DNA of 64,000 bases from Candidatus Latescibacterota bacterium. Its GTDB lineage: Bacteria > Latescibacterota > UBA2968 > SICM01. The position numbers were made by a program, and so were the translations under genes. The DNA is taken from the NCBI GenBank assembly GCA_965217865.1, contig CBDCJO010000002.1, forward strand, positions 4,160,001 to 4,224,000, in the 5' to 3' direction. Positions 1 to 11,304 of the stretch are shown one piece after another (within the stretch, counting starts at the first letter, position 1; every line of letters begins with the position of its first letter). The notes under the pieces were generated by a model, which was not told where the DNA came from, ran no database searches, and worked only from the letters and a program-made list of their open reading frames with translations.

Positions 1-365
1 CCTTCCAGTAATTTTCGTGTTTTGGCACTGTGTTTAACAGGAATTCCAAGCACAGAGTACTCTTCCGAGTGTCGGGTTTCACCAGCGTTGACATTCACAC
101 TTGCGAGTAGACCCAAATTCGGACTGATGTAGGAGACTTCTATTCCCTCCAGCAGGGAAAGCGAGTATTTGAAGTTGTCTTGGGCGTATGATGCTTTCAA
201 GATTGGTAAAGGCATTATATAATAGTCATCCGAGCCCACGTAGACATTTTCGCCACCAACACCTCCGCCCAGGGCAAAGTGCCAACCGGCTTCTTGTGCC
301 GGCAGTGTTTGGGCGGCGAGCAAAACTGCGATTCCGATTAAGAGAATTTCAATGCGTTTCATCAT
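1..365 (-). CDS. MipA/OmpV-family outer membrane protein, 5' part (runs off window start)
   Basis: Manual translation MMKRIEILLIGIAVLLAAQTLPAQEAGWHFALGGGVGGENVYVGSDDYYIMPLP... shows a signal peptide plus a MipA-like W..lG.G....Y.GSD.y...plP N-terminus; GAAGGGG RBS. Not in the ORF track because there is no stop in the window. Confidence 0.65.
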   Translation of the reverse strand, partial: MMKRIEILLIGIAVLLAAQTLPAQEAGWHFALGGGVGGENVYVGSDDYYIMPLPILKASYAQDNFKYSLSLLEGIEVSYISPNLGLLASVNVNAGETRHSEEYSVLGIPVKHSAKTRKLLE

Positions 366-1140
366 GGTTCCCCTTCTTAATGAGTGGTTAATGGAGCAAT
401 TCAACTTCGTTTCATTTTAACTGACACCATGCAGGAACACACATTGGGGAAATCTATCGACTTGTCCTATAAGCCCGAACGTACTGCAGCACAATTCAGG
501 GTCTTAACCTATAGGATAGATCGTTCTTGTGAAAAAAAGATGTTTATAAACTGTTATAAATATATAAGATATTGGAATTGAAGATTTGAGCGAGGCAGAA
601 CATGATAGGATTGAAAATATTCCCCAAAGGTGTGCTCAATTTGCAGAGTTTTATCGCGTCCCCCCACATTAGGCGGTACACATTCTATCGCAAGGCGTAT
701 GCCATGGACTCCCAAGCGGTGAATCGGGTCTGTCACAAGTCGATAACATATTGATGTTTCATATGATATAGTTCTATCATCAACGAACCCTTTTCCCCGT
801 GCAGCATAGCCGGGATGCTTGCCTGTAATTGCGCATCACTGCGTGAAATTGCACGGGACAGACAGGTTTGGACCTGTGGATGTCCAGGCGGTCCCGCGAG
901 GTCGGGTATAAAAAATGTCTCCAGGTTTTCCTGAGCCATCGTCGGCAACCCGCCACCCGCTACAATCGCGGGACTGCCAAGATCAACTGTGGCGAGTAGA
1001 CCTCCACTCGAACTGGCGTTCCATTGGAGATGTGAAGCGCCGCAGATTTGCCGCAGAATCTCTGTGACCGTGCTTTAGCCGATAGTGGTTGAGACTTTGA
1101 TTTTAACTTGGAATTATTTTTTGAGCTTGAAGCAAACCCG

Positions 1141-1301
1141 TGCAATATCGCGCAGCTTTGCACAAAGGCAAACGCATTTCACAACTGAGATGAGGATATA
1201 AAAACAAAACGAAATTATAATATAACATATTGATATTTATAATCTTGAAGCAATTCAACCCTCTCAAATGGGTGTCCCCAGAGAAATGGCACACGCTTTG
1301 C
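1141..1301 (+). promoter_or_regulatory. sigma54 promoter (TGGCAC-ACGCT-TTGC at 1287-1301) with AT-rich spacer and candidate enhancer (1141-1165)
   Basis: Exact -24/-12 consensus 100 bp upstream of the MMPL gene; the region is homologous to 16848-17020 (-). Confidence 0.8.
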
Positions 1302-1400
1302 GAAAGGGATTGAGCAGCAGATACTCAACCCTGCGAACGCTGAAATTCAACCGTAAACCAGAGGTCTCTTGCAACGGACATCCAACCTCGAGAGCGTTTT

Positions 1401-3716
1401 GTGAACCGCATAGCCAACATCATCGTCCGGTATCCAAAATCCATCATCCTGTGCTGTTCCCTCGTCACCCTGGTCATGGCCTTTGGAATGACGCGCCTGG
1501 AAACCCGTAACAACTACAAGGGTAACCTCCCGGCGAACGACCCGATCATCCGGACCAACGCACGTTTTGAGGAGGTCTTCGGCAACGAACAGATTATGAT
1601 GGTTGCCGTCGAAAGTGAAGCCCTCTTTTCGCCCGCAAGCCTGAAAAAGATCAAACGGATTTCGGACGCCCTGGCAACCGTCGAAGGTGTACCACAAGAC
1701 GGGGTGACCAGCCTCGCCACCCTCCCGGCGTCACAACTCGGCGGCTCACCTCCAGGGGCATCCTCGCTTCTAACAGCACTCCTGGAACATCCCGACGCAA
1801 GCGACACCTATCTTGAACAACTCCTGACCCGGGGTGTCCCCACAGGACGCCTGGTCTCTAAGGATGGGTCCACCGCCCTGATCCTGGTCCGGATCGCTCG
1901 AACCGCCGACCAGACCACAGTCGCTCGGCAGATCCGCGACATCGTCAAGACATTTGAAGGGCCGGAACGGATGTATACAATCGGCGACTTCATCGTGGCC
2001 CAGGAAATCGACGACGGCATCGAAGGCGACCTGCACACCCTCCTGCCCCTGGCGCTGATCCTTGTCGGCTTTTTTGCATCGTTCCGAAACCTGCAGGGCA
2101 TGGCGCTCCCGTTGCTCGTGATCCTGGGTAGCATCGTCTGGACCCTCGGCCTGATGGGCTATCTCGGATTCCACCTGAACGTCGTCACCTCAACCATCCC
2201 CATCCTTCTGGTCGCCACAGCCAGTTCCTATGGCATCCATGTGATCCATCGATACAACGGTGAACCTCATCACAGGGAAACCGCTACCCGCCGCATGCTG
2301 CAGCGGATTGGCCCGCCTGTTCTGTTAACGGGCATCACCTCCGCAATCGGTACGCTGACCCTGCTCCTGTTCCAGGTCACTTCGATCCGGGAATTCGGCA
2401 TCTTTGCGGCGGCAGGCATCTTCTTTGCCATGGTCCTGGCCATCGTTCTGGTCCCCGCCATTCTCACACTTCTAAAGCAACCCCAAAGACAGCGGAACCC
2501 GGATCAGCAAAGACGCTTTTCCGGGAGAGGCGCACTCCTGCACCTGGGCACCTTTTCTCTGAAACACAGACGTTTCGTGCTGGTGATGACGCTTTTGCTC
2601 ATCGCGGGATCGGGTGTCGGAGTGATGCGCATCCGGCTGGGCATCGATCCCGTCAAACTCTTCCCCAAACGACATCCGTTTCAGGAAGCGGCGCAGGTCT
2701 TCAACAACCGCTTTTCCGGATGGCGATATTTCAACATCATGGTCGAGAGATCCGAAGCCAATTCGGTGAAAACCCCGGCGTTTCTTAAGTCGATCCTGAA
2801 CTTTCAGTATGCCGCCGGCCGATTGCAGAAGGTAGGCGACACCCGATCCATTATCGACGCATTCCAGCACATCCATTCGATCGTGCATCCGGAAAAACCT
2901 CTCCCATTTTCGATTCCCGATTCACGGCAGGATATAGAGAACTCTTTTCGTCTCTACGCCGAGGCCAACAGTGGGCGCGGAGGCACCCCATGGATCGACA
3001 AGGACTTTCGGCGAGCGCGAATCACCGTCATGATAACCACGTCCGACCACGAAGAGCAACTGGACCTCTACCAGCGCTTACAGAATCTTGCCCGAACACA
3101 CTTTTCCGGGGACTACCGTGTTGCGTTCGGCGGTTCGGTGCTGCTCTGGATCGCCGGGAATCACTATGTGGCAATCGGCAAGATCTACAACATCGCAGCG
3201 GCCATTCTCTTTGTCTTTGTCTTTTGCGCACTCGCTTTCCGGTCCGCTTCAAACGGGCTCTTAAGTGTCATCCCCCTCGCCATCGCCACGCTGTGTACCT
3301 TTGGTGTGATGGGTTTTTGTGACATCCGCTTGAATATGGCCACGGCCATCATCACCTCGATTGGGGTGGGCGTCGGCGTAGACTTCGCCATTCACTTTTT
3401 GAGCCGGCTGCAGGAAGAGCGGGCAAGGGGACATACCCTGGATGAAGCAACCCGGCGTACCCTGCTTACCGCAGGCAAGGCGATCTGCTTTGACGTGGCC
3501 TCCAATATGTTGGGATTCATCGTTTTCGCCTTCTCCGGGTTCACACCCATTCAAAACTTGGGATGGCTGGTTTCGCTGACCATGGGAACCAGCGCCTTGG
3601 GGACCCTGGTGCTGCTCCCCCCCCTTGTGGCCATCTTCGGCGAAAAGAGAGACCGTCTTTCAGACAGGCCGATGGGGCACCTTGAACCCGAGGAACACCT
3701 CCATGCGGCAACCTGA
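1401..3716 (+). CDS. MMPL/RND-family lipid transporter
   Basis: 771 aa, two repeats of 1 TM + soluble loop + 5 TM; motifs SSYGIHVIHRY and GVGVDFAIHF. Confidence 0.9.
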   Translation: MNRIANIIVRYPKSIILCCSLVTLVMAFGMTRLETRNNYKGNLPANDPIIRTNARFEEVFGNEQIMMVAVESEALFSPASLKKIKRISDALATVEGVPQDGVTSLATLPASQLGGSPPGASSLLTALLEHPDASDTYLEQLLTRGVPTGRLVSKDGSTALILVRIARTADQTTVARQIRDIVKTFEGPERMYTIGDFIVAQEIDDGIEGDLHTLLPLALILVGFFASFRNLQGMALPLLVILGSIVWTLGLMGYLGFHLNVVTSTIPILLVATASSYGIHVIHRYNGEPHHRETATRRMLQRIGPPVLLTGITSAIGTLTLLLFQVTSIREFGIFAAAGIFFAMVLAIVLVPAILTLLKQPQRQRNPDQQRRFSGRGALLHLGTFSLKHRRFVLVMTLLLIAGSGVGVMRIRLGIDPVKLFPKRHPFQEAAQVFNNRFSGWRYFNIMVERSEANSVKTPAFLKSILNFQYAAGRLQKVGDTRSIIDAFQHIHSIVHPEKPLPFSIPDSRQDIENSFRLYAEANSGRGGTPWIDKDFRRARITVMITTSDHEEQLDLYQRLQNLARTHFSGDYRVAFGGSVLLWIAGNHYVAIGKIYNIAAAILFVFVFCALAFRSASNGLLSVIPLAIATLCTFGVMGFCDIRLNMATAIITSIGVGVGVDFAIHFLSRLQEERARGHTLDEATRRTLLTAGKAICFDVASNMLGFIVFAFSGFTPIQNLGWLVSLTMGTSALGTLVLLPPLVAIFGEKRDRLSDRPMGHLEPEEHLHAAT

Positions 3717-5640
3717 GCTTCACAAAACAGAGAGATCGGGATCTCCGCCTGCTGCCTGCCTCTTACTTCCCGAAAACGCTTGGGAAGAAAAGACGGTTTT
3801 GCTATTTTGTTCCATAGTGGTTTTCCGCCCATCAAGTTATTCGATGGTTTTGATGTGGTTTTTTACGAATCATTCAGGATGATATCATGCAGATGACTTG
3901 GCCTCCATCGCATCACTTCGATCCAAGCAACGTTGGCGATCCGGAACGCTACGGTGGAATCGCGTGGACACAGTTCAACGAGCATTTCGAGGGCCTGTTG
4001 AACATCGAGTGGCGAAAGGTGAATGTGGGCACATCTTACCCGTGGTGGAGACGCCTGCTACGCAACGCCATCGTTCATCCAGTCTGGGATATCGTCACCC
4101 GATGGTCCTGGCGAGATGCCACTGAACGTTATATAACATGCGGCACAAAAGACAAGGCGGCCGTCCTGGCCGCCAAAAAAGTCTTCAGCCGGCTATTTGA
4201 GCTGAAGGAACCTTCTGAGATTGCAGAGAGACGCGAAGCGCTGGATGGAGACCTGGCGTGGAAGCAGGTGTTGGGGGAGCTGGGAGCGGCCTTTGGCACG
4301 GGCGGTCCCGTGCAATCCCACTTCGAACCCTATACTGCGCCAGCAGGTCCTGGGAAACGCGTACAGGGAGGTCGCGGGCGGGGCCACTGGCGCACCTACG
4401 ATGTAGCGGATGGGCTGGCGAACAACGATGTGCGGTCGATCTTTCAGGATCGTGAGGGGTATCTCTGGTTCGGCACGTCCGACGGCCTCAGCCGGTATGA
4501 CGGCCAGGAGTTTATCAATTTCACCACCGAAGACGGCTTAGCGGACAATATGATACGGTCGATCTTCCGGGATCGAGATGGGATTCTCTGGTTCGGCACC
4601 CGGGGTGGAGGTGTGAGTCGCTATGACGGTCGGGAATTCATCAACTTCACCACGGAAGATGGCCTGGCGGACAACAGAGTGTATTCAATCATTCAGGATC
4701 GAGAGGGGTATCTCTGGTTCGGCACCTGGGGTGGCGTCAGTCGCTATGATGGCCGGGAGTTTGTCAATTTCACTACGGAAGACGGCTTGGCGCACAACTG
4801 GGTGTGGGCGGCGCTTCAGGATCGAGAGGGGTATCTCTGGTTTGGCACCTATGGCGGCGGCGTCAGCCGGTATGATGGGCAGACGTTTACCACGTTCACG
4901 ACAGAAGATGGGCTGGTGGACAATCGAGTGGTTTCGATTTTTCAGGATCGTGAGGGGCTCCTCTGGTTTGGCATGGCAGCAGTCGAGGTGGGGGGTGCTG
5001 GGGGCGTGAGCCAGTATGATGGACAACACTTTACAACGTTTGTCACAGGAGATATACCCGGGAGCAATCAGGTGTGGTCGATTTTTCAGGATCGAGAGGG
5101 TGCTCTTTGGTTCGGCACCCTGGCCGGTGTATGCCGGTATGATGGGCAGGGGTTTACGACCTTCACCCCACAAGATGGTCTGGTAGCAAACCAGGTGCTC
5201 ACGATTTTTCAGGATCGAGAGGGTGCTCTCTGGTTCGGCACCCTGGGCGGTGTAAGTCGATATGATGTGCAGACCTGGACGATATTTACCACAGGAGATG
5301 GGCTGGGAGACAACACGGTGAGTTCGATTTTTCAGGATCGTAAGGGTGCTCTCTGGTTCGGGACCCCGGGTGGGGTCAGCCGATATGACGGGCAGAGCTG
5401 GACCACTTTCACCACAGAAGACGGGTTGGCGCATAATGCGGTGCAGTCAGTTTTTCAGGATCGAGAGGGTGCTCTCTGGTTCGGCACCCAGGTCGGTGTA
5501 AGCAGATATGATGGGCAGACCTGGATGGCATTTACCACCGCAGGCGGCCTGGCGGACAATTCTGTGCTCTCGATTTTTCAGGATAGGGAAGGAGATCTGT
5601 GGTTTGGCACTGAGGGCGGCGTCAGCCGATATGACGGACG

Positions 5641-5668
5641 GCCCCGTTCGACAAGCTCAGGGCAGGCC
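5641..5668 (+). repeat. REP-like palindromic element inserted in frame in a propeller repeat
   Basis: CCCCGTTCGACAAGCTCAGGGCAGGC adds 8 codons (RPRSTSSG) relative to sister repeats; similar to the intergenic CCCTTCGACAGGCTCAGGACAGGC at 49802. Confidence 0.65.
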
Positions 5669-6380
5669 TGGACAACGTTTACCACGGAAGATGGGCTGGT
5701 TACACGATAAGGTGCAGTCGATGGTACAGGACCGTGAGGGCGGTCTCTGGTTTGCAACAGCCGATGGCTTGAGCCGTTATGACGGTCGGGAGTTTACCAA
5801 CTTCACCACAGAAGACGGAATGGCAGACAACTGGGTATGGGCGGCGCTCCACGATCGGGAGGGTTATCTCTGGTGGGGGTGTGAGCCGGTATGATCCTCT
5901 GGCCCGTTCAGGAGAGACAGAGGGACAATTTATCAACTTCACCACAAAAGACGGGCTGGCGGACAATCAAGTGGTTTCGATTTCTCAAGATCTGCAGGGA
6001 CACATCTGGTTTGGCACCATGAGTGACGGCGTGAGTCGGTATGATGGGCGCTCCTTCCAGGCCATGAGCCGCCGGGACGGTCTTGCGAGCAATACGATAC
6101 GGTCGATTCTCCAGGACCGGGAGGGGAGTATCTGGTTCGGCACCCCGGGCTGCGGTGTGACCCGTTATCGTCCCCTGGCGCCTTCACCTCCTCCGGTTTC
6201 CATCCACACGGTGGTGGCCGACCGCCGCTACCAGGGGATGTCCGAACTGGCGCTTCCGTCTACGGTGGGGCTGATCGCTTTTGAGTTCGGAGCGCAAAGC
6301 TTCAAGACACGTCCGGAAGCGATGGTCTACCGGTATCGGCTGAGAGGCTACGGTGAGGACTGGAAGACCACACACACTAG

Positions 6381-8214
6381 TCCTAAAATAAGCGAATAGG
6401 CTTGTTGAGCGGTGTGTTATACAAGATTTCGGAGCATTTCAGACTTGTGACTTGGTGGAGATGATGTCTGGGCTGTTTTTGTGATTGTTTCGGCATGCGA
6501 TTGTCTAATTAACTGAGTTTGCGGACGTGTTTTAGCCGGGGTGGACGGACTTGTCCCTGTGATGTTACGACGACAGGTGCTGACATGGCAGTCAGGCCGG
6601 TTTGAGCCATCTGATTCTGTTCCAGGCCGGGAAGAAGTCAGTCATCCACCGGTTGTAGCCCAAGACACGATAGATGATCTGTCTTCCCCGGGTCACGATC
6701 TGGCAAGGGATCCAGATCAGATTCTGGAGGAAGGCGCGAAACTTCATTCTCAGAAGTTGATCGCGACGCTCACGCTTTCGGATCATCAACGCGAACCAGG
6801 CTTTGAGGTTCCACGCCAGGGCGGTCATGACCATGTAAGCCCAGTTGCTCATCAGGTTGTCGACGGGCATCCGCATGGCGTTGACCCCGTTCTTGAGTTG
6901 TTCAATCACGTTTTCCTGATCGCACCGTCGATTGGCCAGCCTCACGATTTCCGCGGCCGTAAGATCTTTTCGGGTGGTAATGTAGAAGAAATAGCGCTTG
7001 TCATCGAACAGGGCGTTTTCGCCGCGTTCGACGCTCAGGTTTTTTTCGAGGATCACGAGTCGACAGGTCTTCCTGCATCGAGCAGGACGATACGAAACCC
7101 CGGCAACACGTTCACTGGCAAGTCGGATGTTTTTGAAGCCGCGCTCCCGGATGATCCGGGCTTTCACGTTCTCGCGTTTCTGTCTCTGGGAGGTTTTGAC
7201 CTGGTATTTGGGTTGTCGTTCAAAGGGCTCCCAATCGCTCTGTGACAGGGATTTGGCGATCTTGACCAATCCCCGGTAAGCATCCATGCCGAAGACGAAG
7301 TCGACCTTTTCCGACCAACGATCGAAGTGCCGGGTGAGTGAGAAGCCGGTGTCTCCGCGCAGGCAGATGCGTTTGGCGAAAGGGGCGACCAGCGCGATGG
7401 CGCGATCGATCCACTTTACGGCACCGTCGTGGCTGGGCACATTGCCGGGTCGATTCACAAGAAACAACACCTCCCTGGTGTTCGCCAGAGAGACCACGAG
7501 AGGATGGTATCCCCAGATACCGTTGTATGACAGGGCCATGCCCTGCTTGCGTTCTCCGAGGGTGGTGGCCAGGGTGGCGTCGATGTCGATGAGGGCTTCT
7601 TTGAGTTCGCCCCTGGCGCGCTTTTTCCAGATCCGGGTGCGCACCCGGTTGATGCAATCCATCAACGTCTCGATATCCGATGGCCGGAAACGACGTGTAA
7701 AGTCGCCTGCTGTGGTCGGATCCGGGAGACGCTGAGCGCCCAAAGCGTTCAGGAACGTGGCATCCTGGCGGCGCAGCTCAATGTCTTCAAGGCGTTGACC
7801 ACCAACCAGCGCATTGTAGGCGATGTTCAGAACGTGGTCTGATTCGTGACAGGGCAAATGCACTTTCAAAAGATGAAGATGACGGTCAATCTCTTTCACC
7901 AGCCCAACCCTGCGGACCATGTGGTGAAACGCGCCGATCCCCCCACACGTGATCGCCTCGGCCTTCCCACTTATCTCGTAGTGGATGTTTCCCCCAGACA
8001 TCATAGGCTTGACCTGACTGCACCACTGCTTCCGACGCAAACGACGGACAATTCGTGCTTCCCTGTTCCGAAGAATCTTCCTATATTCTCTCATCTGAAA
8101 TGCCCCTTTTGATGGCCTCTTTTTGTCTTTCACACTACAACTATAGGCCTGAAAACTGGGGCATTTTCAACTTTTTTCTACTAAAACCAAGAAAAATTCA
8201 CGCTTGTATAGGGA
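6381..8214 (-). mobile_element. IS1380-family insertion sequence
   Basis: Imperfect 14-bp TIR (TCCTAAAATAAGCG / TCCCTATACAAGCG); CTAG duplicated at 6377-6380 and 8215-8218; the host frame is restored on removal. Confidence 0.85.
6592..8133 (-). CDS. IS1380-family DDE transposase
   Basis: 513 aa with IDIDAT, GYHPL, LRGDTGF and RCDQENVIEQLK motifs. Confidence 0.9.
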   Translation of the reverse strand: MKDKKRPSKGAFQMREYRKILRNREARIVRRLRRKQWCSQVKPMMSGGNIHYEISGKAEAITCGGIGAFHHMVRRVGLVKEIDRHLHLLKVHLPCHESDHVLNIAYNALVGGQRLEDIELRRQDATFLNALGAQRLPDPTTAGDFTRRFRPSDIETLMDCINRVRTRIWKKRARGELKEALIDIDATLATTLGERKQGMALSYNGIWGYHPLVVSLANTREVLFLVNRPGNVPSHDGAVKWIDRAIALVAPFAKRICLRGDTGFSLTRHFDRWSEKVDFVFGMDAYRGLVKIAKSLSQSDWEPFERQPKYQVKTSQRQKRENVKARIIRERGFKNIRLASERVAGVSYRPARCRKTCRLVILEKNLSVERGENALFDDKRYFFYITTRKDLTAAEIVRLANRRCDQENVIEQLKNGVNAMRMPVDNLMSNWAYMVMTALAWNLKAWFALMIRKRERRDQLLRMKFRAFLQNLIWIPCQIVTRGRQIIYRVLGYNRWMTDFFPAWNRIRWLKPA

Positions 8215-9180
8215 CTAGGCGTGTGGAGTACCAGGATCTCCCAAAAGGAAGCTATACGTTTGAGGTTGTTGCGGTGGACCGGGACCTGGCCTATTCGGAG
8301 GTGGCTGCTACGGTCGCGCTGACCGTGCGTCTGCCTTATGAGCGGATTGGGCTTCTGACAGCCCTGGGTATTGCAGTGGTGCTGATTGCCTGGCAGGCGG
8401 CCCGTATTGTACAGCGAGACCGGAGGCTCCAGGAATCGAATGAGGCCCTGTCTTCGGCCAACAAAGAACTCTTCCAGGCCAACCAGGCCCTCCAGAGAGA
8501 TCGTGCCGTGGAGCGGATCCGAAGGGAAGTACAGGCGATGGAGCAGTCCGCCGACTTCGAGAAAGTCCTCTCGGTGCTTTCTGAAGACTTGAAAGCAGTG
8601 GGCATGTCCTTTAATACCTGCAGCATCGACGTCTTAGATGAACTCGTGGACGACCCCTCGATGGCCTACTTTGAAGACCACGGTTTTCGCTACACCACCT
8701 TCAGCATCGATCCTGAAGGTACGGTCTCGCTGGAGGCCTACCACACCCCGGCGCCGTTTCCACCTGTGGTGCGAGAGACGGTTGAGCGTTTCATTGCGGG
8801 CGAGCCCTGGAGGGGACGCAGTGAACAGACGGTTATCCTGGAAGTGCCTACGGCCAGCTACGGCAGGCTGCGCATCACAGCCCTGGACCGACAAGACTTT
8901 ACCGAAGAAGAGGTGAAACCCTTGCAGGACTTCGCCACGGCCATCGCATTGGGCTATGCCCGGTTCCTGGACTTCAAGACGGTAGAAGCCGCCCAGCAGC
9001 GGGTGATCGAGGAGATGGAGAAGGAACTTCAGGTCGCCCACGATATGCAGATGAGCCTGCTGCCCGAAAGTGCCCCCTCCCTCGAAGGCATCGACCTGTC
9101 GGGCGTCTGCATCCCGGCCAATCACGTCGGCGGCGACTACTATTCCTATGTCTTCCTGGATGATGACAAGACGAAGCTAT

Positions 9181-10706
9181 CAGCCCGTTGAAGAACTACC
9201 TTTCAACGCACATAAACGGAAAAGACGCCTGGAGTGCGGGTCAGATAAATCAAGGTAAGGAGATTGAGCAGGAGACGCTGATAAGAGGTTAAAAAGGTGA
9301 CCGAGGGCAGCAAACGTGATTGTAGGACGAGCAGTAGACGCTGCAAGGCCTTGGCCAGGTCCTGGAGGGCCTTCGGAGTACCTACGCCCATCACTTTGCG
9401 CATGAGCAGAGCCAGGTTGCAGCCCCCGATGTGGATCAGCAAACGCTTGAGGATATTGCCGCGGTCTCTCAAGTGCAACCTGCGCATGCCACCGGTATCA
9501 TATGTGTGAGCGATGGTTCTTTCCACCCGTTCTGCACGACTTCGGCGCAAGGCCTTGCCGCGATCTCCCTTGATCCGGCGTCGATTCGCATATACCGCGG
9601 CCTGCTCATCTCGTCGGCCGTTCCACTTGCGGCGTCCCCGATCCGGTTCTGAAATGTAACTCCGGATGCCGCCTTGCTTCAGACTGGTCAATACATCGTT
9701 GCTATGATATCCTTTGTCCGCAACCACCTCCCGTATACGCTGTCTGTGCAAACGTTTGGCAGCTTTTTCGTCCTTCGCGACCTGCTTGAGATTGAGCTGC
9801 GCCTCGAGCAGCGTCCAGGGCAACGACCCGGTATCTCCTTCATCTGCTCCCGACAACGCCACTGCCACAATGGCATTGGTGTCCAGATCCACCGCGTGCT
9901 CCACCTTGTGCGCCATGTGCGTGCGACCGTCCTTCATCTTAGCGATCTTGGCATCCGGGTCGTGCGGGTGCTCCCAGTCCTGGTTCGATCCCTTCTTCGG
10001 TCGCTTCTTATCGATCTTGGACAAGTCCTCGCGGGTAGGCGTTTCAATGCCCGAGGCCTTGGCCAGATTCTCAAGGAATGCCTGGTAGCCTTCACCCGTG
10101 TCACGGCGTACAATGCTGCGCATCGCGGCGTTGGCCTCCAGTGTCGTAGCATCCACGCCCAACGTCTTCCCCTTCACCAGACCCGCTTTGCACAAGACCC
10201 TCAGGATCCACTTGAAAACCGCTTCGTGAACTTCCAAGGGAAGCCGATGCCGGATGCGAGACAGGCTGGAATGATCCGGGGTCTGTTCGTCAAGGGCATA
10301 CCCCAAAAACCGGCGCAACGTCAGCGAGTCAGATACACGCCATTCGATCCCACGTTCCGAATCAAGTCCCTCGAAATACCCAATCAAAAGCATCCGAAAA
10401 TAAACCCCGGGCGGAATGCCCTTGCGACCCATATGAGGAGCGTAATACCGCTGGCAAAGCCCCTCGACGAACTCGTCGAAGCCGTTCGCCCCCAATACCT
10501 GATTCAGCTTCTCGTAGAACGGATGACCCGGAGATTTCACCAAAGTGTTCGATGCGATGAACAGGTTTTCCTGTCTCTGTCGTCCTCGTTTTCCCATTGC
10601 CATTTGCTCGTCCTCCCTTCTCAGTTTGAACCTGATATATCATAGGACCAAACCACAAGGAAAGACAACAGTCATCTTGGCATAAACGCACTTTTTCAAC
10701 AGGCTG
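9181..10706 (-). mobile_element. IS1182/IS5-like IS, copy 1 (1526-bp core)
   Basis: TIR CAGCCTGTTGAA / CAGCCCGTTGAA; inserted in a CTAG inside the SpoIIE domain. Confidence 0.9.
9203..10603 (-). CDS. DDE transposase (DUF772-like N-terminus; IS1182/IS5-like)
   Basis: 466 aa with PDHSSLSR, VDAT, ADKGYHS and RAERVER motifs. Confidence 0.9.
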   Translation of the reverse strand: MAMGKRGRQRQENLFIASNTLVKSPGHPFYEKLNQVLGANGFDEFVEGLCQRYYAPHMGRKGIPPGVYFRMLLIGYFEGLDSERGIEWRVSDSLTLRRFLGYALDEQTPDHSSLSRIRHRLPLEVHEAVFKWILRVLCKAGLVKGKTLGVDATTLEANAAMRSIVRRDTGEGYQAFLENLAKASGIETPTREDLSKIDKKRPKKGSNQDWEHPHDPDAKIAKMKDGRTHMAHKVEHAVDLDTNAIVAVALSGADEGDTGSLPWTLLEAQLNLKQVAKDEKAAKRLHRQRIREVVADKGYHSNDVLTSLKQGGIRSYISEPDRGRRKWNGRRDEQAAVYANRRRIKGDRGKALRRSRAERVERTIAHTYDTGGMRRLHLRDRGNILKRLLIHIGGCNLALLMRKVMGVGTPKALQDLAKALQRLLLVLQSRLLPSVTFLTSYQRLLLNLLTLIYLTRTPGVFSVYVR

Positions 10707-11304
10707 CTAGGCATTGTCCTGGCTGACGTGTCGGGACACGCGATGCAGGCTGCCACGGTGGCGATGCGCTTCAACGAGATGTTGCGCTATGAAGTGAGGG
10801 AACGGTACAGTGCACAAGAGATCCTAAAAGGACTGGATCGCGCCTTGAAGGGACATATTCCTCCGGAGATGTTCGTGACCAGCGGCATCGGCGTGCTGGA
10901 TGTGTCTCAGAAATCTCTGGCCTTTGCCAGCGCCGGCAACCCGGAAATGTATCACCTTCGGCGCGAGACCGGTGAGGTTCAGACACTTGGTGTGACAGGT
11001 GTGCCGCTGGGGATGCCTTTGGACCTGGGTGGGATGGATGCATTTGGCAGCAAGGAAACGGCGTTGGGGTCCGGAGATGTGGTGGTATTTGTGTCGGATG
11101 GAATCGAGGAGGCGCAAGACAGCACAGGAGATTTTTACGGCCAGGAGCGTCTGATGTCGGTAATTGGTGAACATAGCCGGGAAAGTGCGTCTGCGGAATG
11201 GCTTCGGGATGCCATTGTAGCAGATGTCCGTCAGTTTCTGGGGGATGTGCCTCAGGGAGATGACTTGACTGTGGTCGTCCTGCGTGTCGGATAGGTTTCC
11301 AAGT

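Larger units (their letters stand above)
3887..11294 (+). pseudogene. Two-component-regulator beta-propeller (Reg_prop repeats)-Y_Y_Y-TM-GAF-like-SpoIIE/PP2C sensor phosphatase, disrupted
   Basis: Repeats of SIFQDREGxLWFGTxGGVSRYDG..FTTEDGL; frameshifts at ~5706 and ~5875. Removing the IS1380 restores WKTTHTRRVEYQDLPKGSYTFEVVAVD (Y_Y_Y). Removing the second IS restores GGDYY..DKTKLGIVLADVSGH; C-terminal SDGIEEA and DDLTVVVL are PP2C motifs. Confidence 0.9.

Noticed and set aside
540-1163. Short minus-strand ORFs between the MipA-like and MMPL genes
   Set aside because: Possibly one decayed frame with several stops, but no family is recognisable.
4390-6170. Regular ~130-bp tandem repeats resembling a CRISPR or DGR array
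   Set aside because: They are degenerate coding repeats (Reg_prop blades); there is no constant repeat with unique spacers, no cas gene and no reverse transcriptase.
8055-8218. Start of the 378-aa ORF
   Set aside because: Lies inside the IS1380; the real coding sequence is the continuation of the propeller gene.
9674-10645. 323-aa antisense ORF in every copy of the repeated IS
   Set aside because: Shadow ORF opposite the transposase with no recognisable motifs; recurrence reflects only IS identity.
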